From: a virus
Virus record (IMG/VR): IMGVR_UViG_3300005529_000066
Coordinates: 1 to 40,123 of that record
Direction: 5' to 3' (one strand)
Length of the DNA: 40,123 bases
Shown here: one piece after another, positions 33,576 to 39,803 of the stretch
Layout: the number at the start of each line of letters is the position of its first letter
Numbering within the stretch: position 1 is the stretch's first letter
Notes under the pieces: generated by a model
The model's database searches: none
What the model was told of the DNA's origin: nothing
What the model saw: the letters and a program-made list of their open reading frames with translations, nothing else
Translations under genes and position numbers: made by a program

Positions 33576-33794
33576 CTATGCCTCGCTCTCGGTGATGAAG
33601 GCGTGCAGGTCGCGTGCGAGCTTAACGAGGTCGTCGCCGTGGCAGTTGAGGCTCGCGGCGGCCTGGATTGCCTTCTCGACTGCGTAGGTACGTGTCGCGC
33701 GATCGGCGGCCTTGACCTGCTGCTGCTGCACGGTGGTGATGCGTTGGTCTGCTGCCTCGAGGGCGGCCTGCTGTTCTACTTCGGTCAGCGCCAT
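33576..33794 (-). CDS. Hypothetical coiled-coil protein, 72 aa
   Basis: RBS AGGAGG upstream of ATG 33794. The track start at 33866 overlaps the upstream gene. Confidence 0.6.
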   Translation of the reverse strand: MALTEVEQQAALEAADQRITTVQQQQVKAADRATRTYAVEKAIQAAASLNCHGDDLVKLARDLHAFITESEA

Positions 33795-33810
33795 GTCTGT
33801 CCTCCTGTGA

Positions 33811-34449
33811 TCATTCCGCGGCCTCACTCTGCGGCTGGCCGGTGAGATCAGCCTTGAGCTTGGCAAATCCGTCTAGGATGTAGGCGCGCTCCTCCGGGCT
33901 CGGCTCGCGCATCGCCTCATCGATCGGCACCGCAGCGATCAGATTCTCGAGGTGCAGCACCGTCGGCCTGAGTGTGGCGATCTCGGCCATCGCGATCTTG
34001 CGCAGCACGGCCGGCGCCGGCGGCCAGCGGTAGTCGTGCTCGTCACCAGCAGCTCCGCGATTCCAACAGCGCACAGCGCCTTGCAGCGCCCATGGCGGCA
34101 CGTCGTCGAGCGCGTCGAGATACGTTTCACCGCGTGCTCGTCCGCTCTCTGCCGACGCATTCGCGATCGGGTAGGCGAGCAGCATCTTGCTGATGATGCC
34201 GAGCCGCTGCTTGCGCGTTTCCGCGGCGTCGTCGGAGGTCATCTCGAGCTGCATCCGGGCGAGCGCGCGCTGTGCGTCGGCGCGCTGCTCATCCGTCAAT
34301 TTCAATCCTCCCGCGAGGTATGTCCGCATCGGCTGGCCCGGCCACTGCACTGTCCCCACAGAGATCTTGCGCAACCGAACTAAGCCCGGCGAAGAAATCA
34401 TCTGCGCCAGATCGTCGAGGGCTTGGTGCTGCGTGAGTTCGTTGGCCAT
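33811..34449 (-). CDS. Replication-module protein of unknown function, 212 aa
   Basis: RBS GGAG upstream of ATG 34449. Good GC3 from the first codons. Follows the iteron-containing gene. Confidence 0.6.
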   Translation of the reverse strand: MANELTQHQALDDLAQMISSPGLVRLRKISVGTVQWPGQPMRTYLAGGLKLTDEQRADAQRALARMQLEMTSDDAAETRKQRLGIISKMLLAYPIANASAESGRARGETYLDALDDVPPWALQGAVRCWNRGAAGDEHDYRWPPAPAVLRKIAMAEIATLRPTVLHLENLIAAVPIDEAMREPSPEERAYILDGFAKLKADLTGQPQSEAAE

Positions 34450-34948
34450 TCGAGGCTCCGGTCTGCTGGTAGGGCGACGTCACCCAGTTGCGCCATGCGG
34501 CCTCGAGGCCGACGAAGCCGCGATGTCTCCTGCCTTTCGCGATGCCGTGATCGCGAAAGCGCTGCCATTCGGTTTGAATTCTTGTGAGTTCCCAGCGGTG
34601 CTCGATTGCGGCGAAGTTCATCGCCTTCTCGGTCGGCCGATCGGGTGTCTCGATAGATACTTTAACTTTCTTCTCTTTCTTACTTTCTTCTATATTGTGC
34701 GCGTCACATGTGACGCTTTGTGACGCTTTGTGACGCTCGGTGACGATTGGGTTTTGCGTCACTTGGCCGTCACTTTGTGACGCTTTGTGACGCCCGCGCC
34801 AGCGCGCCGTTCGGATCGCGCCGGGTGATTTTCGGTATGCGGCTGTGGCGGCACCGGCGGCGACTGCGGCCGCGATGATCTCGCTCGCCTCGGCGATCGA
34901 GAGGCCGACCTCGACCAAGCGCTCGACGAGATCTCCGACGTTGCTCAT
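34289..34948 (-). CDS. Putative replication initiator (lambda O-like arrangement: origin inside the gene), 219 aa
   Basis: ATG 34948 in ATGA overlap with the rusA stop. Iterons and an AT-rich tract lie inside the ORF (RHKASQS encoded twice). WRNWV near the functional end. The last ~160 nt overlap the next gene out of frame with poor GC3. Confidence 0.55.
   Translation of the reverse strand: MSNVGDLVERLVEVGLSIAEASEIIAAAVAAGAATAAYRKSPGAIRTARWRGRHKASQSDGQVTQNPIVTERHKASQSVTCDAHNIEESKKEKKVKVSIETPDRPTEKAMNFAAIEHRWELTRIQTEWQRFRDHGIAKGRRHRGFVGLEAAWRNWVTSPYQQTGASNGQRTHAAPSPRRSGADDFFAGLSSVAQDLCGDSAVAGPADADIPRGRIEIDG
34653..34794. repeat. Putative origin of replication: AT-rich tract (34653-34698) plus GTGACGC iterons (34701-34794)
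   Basis: Palindrome GCGTCACATGTGACGC at 34701-34716. GTGACGC at 34710, 34720, 34730 (variant at 34740), 34778 and 34788, giving 10-bp phasing. Inverted copies at 34757 and about 34767. Confidence 0.7.
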
Positions 34949-35319
34949 GCGATTCCCCGAATGTGGACGCGGCAGCCTTGCGGCGCGTCGCCCCATTCGA
35001 CCGTCAGCTTTCGCAGGCGCGGTTGGTCGTCGCCCTCGATCGCGTCGATGCGGTGCAGGTAGTCGATCAAGCTCTTGATGCCGTTGTCGAGGTCGATGCC
35101 CGTGTGGGCTTCGGACATGACGATCAGCAGCTCGTAGGGGCCGTAAATCTTGCGCGGCTGGCCGCGGCGTTGCAGCAGCACGAATCCATTCGCGCCACGC
35201 TTCCACTTGTCGACCAGCTTCTGTGATTTCCAATCGACTCGCCGCGTGCGGTTGACGCTCGGCGGCGCTGGTAGGTCGAACACGATGACCGGCGGCACCG
35301 CGAAAGGCGGGTCCGTCAT
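34945..35319 (-). CDS. rusA: RusA-type Holliday junction resolvase, 124 aa
   Basis: LPAPPSVNRTRRV... and GIDLDNGIKSLIDYL...GDD motifs typical of RusA. ATG 35319 was chosen because the upstream track extension overlaps gcrA. Confidence 0.85.
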   Translation of the reverse strand: MTDPPFAVPPVIVFDLPAPPSVNRTRRVDWKSQKLVDKWKRGANGFVLLQRRGQPRKIYGPYELLIVMSEAHTGIDLDNGIKSLIDYLHRIDAIEGDDQPRLRKLTVEWGDAPQGCRVHIRGIA

Positions 35320-35342
35320 CGACACCGAAGATGCTGCCAGCT

Positions 35343-35792
35343 TCAAGCGTGCGTGCTTTCGCTCCGATACGCGATGGCGTGATGAGCGGCGCAATACGAG
35401 ACGCCGTCGGCGATGATCTCTCCGCAGAACAGGAAATGCGCTTCCCCGTAAGGGAAACGGCACTGGTTGGCGCACATGTGCTCAAGGTCGACGCTGCCTT
35501 GCGCCGGCGCGTCCGGAGCCGGGACGCACTCGAATTGCGTCGCCGCACGTTTGCGTGAACGCGGTTGCCAGCCGCGCTTGTTGCCGGTGCGATTGGAGAG
35601 GCCGAGCCGCGCGAGCTTGCCGGACACGACGCCGCGCGAGTTGAGGCCGAGCTCGCCGCAGATTTCAGCCTGCGACCATCCGGCGGACCAAAGCTCTTTC
35701 AGCCGCTCGACGCGCTCCGGCGTCCATGTGTCCCATTCGTGCGCCGGGCGCTGTCCCTGCGTGCGGGGCGGTAGATCAACGGTGTCGGTCAT
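35343..35792 (-). CDS. gcrA: GcrA cell-cycle regulator homologue, 149 aa
   Basis: WTPERVERLKELWSAGWSQAEICGELGLNSRGVVSGKLARLGLSNR N-terminal domain. C-terminal CRFPYGE..FLFCGE....SYCAAHHAIAY. This is the canonical GcrA architecture. Confidence 0.9.
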   Translation of the reverse strand: MTDTVDLPPRTQGQRPAHEWDTWTPERVERLKELWSAGWSQAEICGELGLNSRGVVSGKLARLGLSNRTGNKRGWQPRSRKRAATQFECVPAPDAPAQGSVDLEHMCANQCRFPYGEAHFLFCGEIIADGVSYCAAHHAIAYRSESTHA

Positions 35793-35819
35793 GGGTCCCC
35801 AGCCCTTCCCTCAGTTCAA

Positions 35820-36089
35820 TCATTTCCGCACAGGCCGCCGCGAGCGGATGATGATCCGCTGCATCTCGACGTAGACGATCGGGTCGGCGTCGGACTCGTG
35901 CGCGAGCCATCGTCGCGCGGTGCGCACATCGCATCCCGCAATCGCGGCGATTTCGGCGTCGGTGTTGACCGGCCAGATGACTTTGCAGACCGGCCCGAAG
36001 AGCGGGCGGACAATTTCGTCCTCCCCAGGGCGGAAGCGTCCGCCGATTTCGTTGGCGACAAACTCGGAATTCCCGAATGGTGCACGCAT
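35820..36089 (-). CDS. Small HTH DNA-binding protein, 89 aa
   Basis: RBS AGGGGGA. TDAEIAAIAGCDVRTARRWL helix-turn-helix-like segment. Confidence 0.55.
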   Translation of the reverse strand: MRAPFGNSEFVANEIGGRFRPGEDEIVRPLFGPVCKVIWPVNTDAEIAAIAGCDVRTARRWLAHESDADPIVYVEMQRIIIRSRRPVRK

Positions 36090-36200
36090 GAACAGTCCCC
36101 CTGATCACTCACGCGACGCGACAACACGCTCGCGTACAAACTCGCGATGAACATGCGCCCGCTCATGCGGAACCCCGTTGCAACCGAAGGTCGATTACAG

Positions 36201-36214
36201 GTAGGGTGCAAGGA
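36201..36214 (+). repeat. 14-nt motif GTAGGGTGCAAGGA covering the RBS/start of the 37-aa peptide gene (copy 1)
   Basis: Recurs with a 1-nt deletion at 36382-36394. Both copies are preceded by TTAC(N)CAG. Confidence 0.7.
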
Positions 36215-36327
36215 TGAGGATATTCGTGGGCACGACGCTGCTGATCGCTGTGCTGGTCGGGGCGGCGGTGTTCTTCACCCGCAACACGCCGCCCGCGATT
36301 GTCGACGTGGCTCCCATCCGGCGCTAA
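36214..36327 (+). CDS. 37-aa single-TM hydrophobic peptide (MRIFVGTTLLIAVLVGAAVFFTRNTPPAIVDVAPIRR)
   Basis: ATG 36214 to TAA 36325-36327. 33 of 37 codons end in G/C. Antisense to the surrounding minus-strand early operon. Below the track threshold. Confidence 0.5.
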   Translation: MRIFVGTTLLIAVLVGAAVFFTRNTPPAIVDVAPIRR

Positions 36328-36381
36328 CCCTGTTAATTGCGGGGACAACCGACCATTCACGCTTGATTGATGCTTACCGCA

Positions 36382-36394
36382 GTAGGGTGCAGGA
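36382..36394 (+). repeat. Copy 2 of the motif (GTAGGGTGCAGGA)
   Basis: Direct comparison with 36201-36214. Confidence 0.7.
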
Positions 36395-36599
36395 CCTTGA
36401 GTCGTTTCTCGGTCCCTTGTGGCAACCCAACCCAACCTATGGGATTTTCCCGATTGTTCCGACCTCAAGTTGCGCGGAACCAACATACAACGTGAGTTAT
36501 TTTGCCTATTGGATAGGCGCAGACGAGGCCCGTAAGCTACCGGCGGGGCGAGGAAAACAGCCGGGGCAATCAAATGGGCAAGGTTCTGCCGTTCCGCCG

Positions 36600-36812
36600 T
36601 CATGCGCGCGCCTCAGCGGCGAGCTCGGCCAACGTCTCGAGCCGAATATCCACACCCTTAGCGGCGGCGATCCGGATCAGCGCAGACCAATGCGGAGCCG
36701 GAATGCCGTTCGGCCGCGTGCGCCATCCGCTGACCGTCGAGAGCGACAGTGAGAGCGCGTCCGCAACTTCGCCGGTGCCGCCGAGGGCGTCGATGATCGA
36801 GCCTGGGGTCAT
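36600..36812 (-). CDS. Cro/YdaS-like HTH regulator, 70 aa
   Basis: GGTGEVADALSLSLSTVSGWRTRPNGIPAPHW is the typical Cro/YdaS-type HTH. ATG 36812 was chosen because the track start at 36833 lies inside the promoter. The ATG is 8 nt after the -10, so the mRNA is probably leaderless. Confidence 0.75.
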   Translation of the reverse strand: MTPGSIIDALGGTGEVADALSLSLSTVSGWRTRPNGIPAPHWSALIRIAAAKGVDIRLETLAELAAEARA

Positions 36813-36820
36813 AGCGCCGC

Positions 36821-36849
36821 TTAATATTCGCACCGTGCGAATAAGTCAA
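36821..36849 (-). promoter_or_regulatory. Early-left promoter with operator O1 in the spacer
   Basis: The minus strand reads TTGACT (36849-36844) - 17 nt - TATTAA (36826-36821). The spacer holds the palindrome ATTCGCACCGTGCGAAT (36826-36842). Confidence 0.65.
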
Positions 36850-36903
36850 GCTGTCGCAAATCGCGAAACGACTTTCCCGGTCGACCGTGGTGCAATCTGG
36901 CCC

Positions 36904-37167
36904 ATGGTGGATTCCCCGAAAGTGATCGGGCCGCGGCTCAAGGAGCTGCGCATCGCGCTCGGCTTCAAGCGGCAACTCCACTTTGCGCGCGAAATCGGCA
37001 TCGAGCCGCAAACCTACAATCCTTGGGAAAAAGGCAAGCGCCCCCTCACCTTTGAGGGCGCCTGCCTGATCCGCAAGAAGTTCCGCGTGCCGCTCGACTA
37101 CCTGTTTTTTGGCGATGTCGGCGAGCTTCCAGTGCGGTTGCACCGCAAGCTCGAGAAGGCCGCATGA
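36904..37167 (+). CDS. XRE-family HTH repressor (CI-like), 87 aa
   Basis: IGPRLKELRIALGFKRQLHFAREIGIEPQTYNPWEKGKRPLTFEGACLIRKKFRVPLDYLFFG is a classic HTH_XRE. Divergent from the Cro-like gene. No SD; TGCAAT lies 7 nt upstream of the ATG. Confidence 0.85.
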   Translation: MVDSPKVIGPRLKELRIALGFKRQLHFAREIGIEPQTYNPWEKGKRPLTFEGACLIRKKFRVPLDYLFFGDVGELPVRLHRKLEKAA

Positions 37168-37361
37168 CGCGCTTGGCCGCAGCGGCGATCGTTGCGGCGG
37201 CGCTGGCCGGGTGCGCGCTGTCCCCTGAAGACCGTGCTGCCCTGCGCGAGATGTCGGCCCAGGTCGGCGGCGCGGTCGCCGCCTCCCAGCCCGATCGCCC
37301 GCCCGAGATCAATTGCACCACCACGACGAACGGACCAATCGCGCGCACGAATTGCCGCTGA
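37164..37361 (+). CDS. Small lipoprotein, 65 aa (superinfection-exclusion candidate)
   Basis: ATGA overlap with the repressor gene. Signal plus lipobox MTRLAAAAIVAAALAGC. Confidence 0.7.
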   Translation: MTRLAAAAIVAAALAGCALSPEDRAALREMSAQVGGAVAASQPDRPPEINCTTTTNGPIARTNCR

Positions 37362-37364
37362 ATA

Positions 37365-37385
37365 AAATTCGCACCGCGCGAATTT
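37365..37385. promoter_or_regulatory. Operator O2
   Basis: AAATTCGCACCGCGCGAATTT contains ATTCGCA-N3-CGCGAAT, a variant of the O1/O3 palindrome. Confidence 0.6.
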
Positions 37386-37390
37386 AGTTG

Positions 37391-37419
37391 TTGACTTATT
37401 CGCAAGGTGCGAATTATAT
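37391..37419 (+). promoter_or_regulatory. Early-right promoter with operator O3 in the spacer
   Basis: TTGACT (37391-37396) - 17 nt - TTATAT (37414-37419). The spacer holds ATTCGCAAGGTGCGAAT (37398-37414). Same architecture as the early-left promoter. Confidence 0.65.
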
Positions 37420-37443
37420 GGCCCCAGCACACAGGGGCCGCAC

Positions 37444-37773
37444 ATGCCTTACCACGATCTCCTCAACGCCGACGGCTCGGTCAACGCCGCCGAATACGAC
37501 AAAATCCTCGAAAACCGCGTCACCCATGAGGTGAACCTGCGCCGCTGCAACGAGGCGCGCATCCACGCGCCGCACCATGTTCCGCTCGGCTGCGTCGCGG
37601 TGTTCTACGCGATGATGGTCGACCAGATGCGGCTCCCGGAACTGCCGGCCGCCGAGATCGATCGCATCCGCCGCCAGCAGACCGTGGCGCTCAATGACTG
37701 GGTCGGCGCCATGTCGGTCGCTGCCGCGAAGCAGCGGCGCGCCATGCTGCGGGTGGAGCGCAAGGCGTCATGA
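37444..37773 (+). CDS. Hypothetical early protein, 109 aa
   Basis: First ORF downstream of the early-right promoter. Coding-like codon usage. Confidence 0.6.
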   Translation: MPYHDLLNADGSVNAAEYDKILENRVTHEVNLRRCNEARIHAPHHVPLGCVAVFYAMMVDQMRLPELPAAEIDRIRRQQTVALNDWVGAMSVAAAKQRRAMLRVERKAS

Positions 37774-37946
37774 ACACTCGCACCGAGGCCGAGATGATCT
37801 ACTTCGAAGCGCACAACATGCGCAAGGAAGACGCGATCAGCCTGATCGAGGCTCGGCTCAAGCATCTGTTCGTCAACGGCCAGAAGTCAGGGATCGAGGA
37901 AGCCGCGCAGAGCATTCGTGCGGTCGGCGAACGGCAGGTGGCGTGA
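37770..37946 (+). CDS. Hypothetical protein, 58 aa (MNTRTEAEMIYFEAHNMRKEDAISLIEARLKHLFVNGQKSGIEEAAQSIRAVGERQVA)
   Basis: ATGA overlap upstream and TGATG overlap downstream. Below the track threshold. Confidence 0.5.
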   Translation: MNTRTEAEMIYFEAHNMRKEDAISLIEARLKHLFVNGQKSGIEEAAQSIRAVGERQVA

Positions 37947-38716
37947 TGAGTGATCTTCTGCAACGCCTTTCGGCGCCATTCGATCCTGACCGCGTGTCAT
38001 GGCGCGTCGGGCCGACCAACGGCAACAAGACGAAGGGAATGGCCCTCGCCTACATCGACGCCCGCGACGTGATGGCGCGGCTTGATGAAGCCTGCGGCGT
38101 TGGCGGCTGGCAATGCTCCTATCCCCACGCCAACGGAAAGACTGTCTGCAGCATCGGGATCAAGATCGGCGACGAATGGATCTGGAAAGCCGATGGCGCT
38201 GGCGATACCGACATGGAAGCCGAGAAAGGCGCGCTCAGCGACGCATTCAAGCGCGCTGCCGTCCGTTGGTCTATCGGCCGCTATTTGTACGACATGCCAT
38301 CACCCTGGGTCGAGATCGAGCAGCACGGCAAGTCGTATTCCATCAAGGACGGCGAATTAGTGAAGCTCGCGCGGCTCCTCAGTCACGCGGCGCCGGTCGA
38401 GATCAAGCGGCCGAATCCCCACGTCACCAAGCCGGCTGACATTGTCCCGGATGTCGAATACGACGACAACGGCCAGCCGGTTGACAATATCCCCTCAGGC
38501 GACCCGAGCATTGAACGGTTGCCGAAAGCAAAAGCTCGCGAGGATTTCGCGTCGGCACAGAACGAACTCCGGTCAACCGTCACCATCAAGCAGCTCGAGG
38601 ACTGGGGCGCGCGCAACGCGAACCGCGTCGAAACCTTCCCGGCTGATTGGGCTGCAATCCTGCGCGGCATCTACATCGAGCATCGCGACAGCCTGCGCAA
38701 CGGGAAGGCAGCATGA
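37946..38716 (+). CDS. Rad52/Sak-type single-strand annealing protein, 256 aa
   Basis: LSAPFDPDRVSWRVGP...ALAYIDARDVMARLDE...GWQ...EKGALSDAFKRAAVRWSIGRYLY is the signature of the Rad52/22 family. ATG 37946 was chosen; the upstream track extension is out-of-frame overlap. Confidence 0.9.
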   Translation: MSDLLQRLSAPFDPDRVSWRVGPTNGNKTKGMALAYIDARDVMARLDEACGVGGWQCSYPHANGKTVCSIGIKIGDEWIWKADGAGDTDMEAEKGALSDAFKRAAVRWSIGRYLYDMPSPWVEIEQHGKSYSIKDGELVKLARLLSHAAPVEIKRPNPHVTKPADIVPDVEYDDNGQPVDNIPSGDPSIERLPKAKAREDFASAQNELRSTVTIKQLEDWGARNANRVETFPADWAAILRGIYIEHRDSLRNGKAA

Positions 38717-39114
38717 GCCGCGCGACTGTCATCATCAACGGCAATGCCGCTCGATTGCGAGTCGCCAAGTGGGCATCAAGTGCTCCCTATGGCACGCGCG
38801 TCGAGTTTCGGCAGACGAAGCGTTCAATCCCTCAAAACGATCGCATGTGGGCCATGCTGACGGATGTTGCCGCACAGAAAGAGCACTGCGGCCGCAAGTA
38901 TTCACCCGAGATTTGGAAGACCTTGTTCCTCCACGCCTGCGGCCGGGAAATGCAATTCGTTCCGACGCTCGACGGGACTTCGTTCATGCCGCTCGGCTAT
39001 CGGTCGTCCGAGCTCTCCAAGCAGGAGATGAGTGCGCTGATTGATTTTATCGGGTGCTGGGGCGCACAAAACGGCGTCGTCTTCCACGATCAGGAAGCGG
39101 AACGCGCGGCATGA
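38713..39114 (+). CDS. ninB: NinB/Orf-family recombination protein, 133 aa
   Basis: ATGA overlap. KRSIPQNDRMWAMLTDVAAQ motif (RSxxQNxxxWA.L.DIA.Q) and SSELSKQEMSALIDFI. Confidence 0.8.
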   Translation: MSRATVIINGNAARLRVAKWASSAPYGTRVEFRQTKRSIPQNDRMWAMLTDVAAQKEHCGRKYSPEIWKTLFLHACGREMQFVPTLDGTSFMPLGYRSSELSKQEMSALIDFIGCWGAQNGVVFHDQEAERAA

Positions 39115-39437
39115 GACGCGATTTCCCCGCCAAGGTCAAAGCTGCAGCGGCGCTCCGCGCTGGCGGCCACTGTGAAGCTTGCACTCGCAAACTCATGACC
39201 GGCGACTATCACTATGACCACGATACGCCGGATGCAATGGGCGGTGAGCCGACGCTTGAGAACTGCAAGGTGCTCTGCCGCTCATGTCATTCGGTCAAGA
39301 CGCTCCGCCAGGATGTTCCGCGGATCGCGAAAGCCAAAAGGCGCGAGCGCAATCGGTTGGGGATTAAGAAGCCGCGCACGATAACCCGGTGGCGCCGTTT
39401 TAATGGCGACGCGGTTTATGCCGAGCGTAATCGTTAG
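39111..39437 (+). CDS. HNH endonuclease, 108 aa
   Basis: ATGA overlap. CEAC...HYDHDTPDAMGG...NCKVLCRSCHSVKT (HNH with two Cys pairs). Confidence 0.9.
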   Translation: MRRDFPAKVKAAAALRAGGHCEACTRKLMTGDYHYDHDTPDAMGGEPTLENCKVLCRSCHSVKTLRQDVPRIAKAKRRERNRLGIKKPRTITRWRRFNGDAVYAERNR

Positions 39438-39491
39438 TTGCCGATTAACAGTAATCCCGCGCCTCGGGGATCAGGGGCAGGAGAACTGGAA

Positions 39492-39803
39492 ATGACGAAC
39501 CACCCGAACCGGAGCAAGAGCAACGGCAAGGAACGCGCCGTTGTCGTGACCACGGCGCACAGCGGCGTATTCTTCGGCTACGCCGCCGACACCGAAGGCG
39601 AGAGCATCAAGCTCCGCGCTGCACGGAACTGCATCTACTGGCCGGTCGAGAACAAGGGCTTCATGGGTCTCGCCGCCATGGGGCCGGTAAAGGGCGCCCG
39701 CGTCGGCCCGGCGGCCGACATCTCGCTGCGCCACATCACCAGCGTGATCGAATGCTCGCCCGACGCCGTGACGGCATGGGAGGCGGCGCCGTGGAGCCGG
39801 TGA
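39492..39803 (+). CDS. Hypothetical protein, 103 aa
   Basis: RBS AGGAGA 7 nt upstream of ATG 39492 (track TTG start at 39438 is less likely). The stop overlaps the GTG of the repeat-protein gene. Confidence 0.6.
   Translation: MTNHPNRSKSNGKERAVVVTTAHSGVFFGYAADTEGESIKLRAARNCIYWPVENKGFMGLAAMGPVKGARVGPAADISLRHITSVIECSPDAVTAWEAAPWSR

Noticed and set aside
36147-36752. 201-aa + strand track ORF spanning the early-left intergenic gap and the Cro-like gene.
   Set aside because: It runs antisense through the well-supported Cro-like gene, has a Pro/Arg/Gly-rich composition and lacks an RBS. Only the separate 37-aa ORF in another frame looks coding.
37420-37439. Hairpin GGCCCC-N8-GGGGCC between the early-right -10 and ATG 37444.
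   Set aside because: The predicted TSS falls inside the left arm, so the RNA would not contain the full stem. There is also no U-tract, so it is not a terminator.
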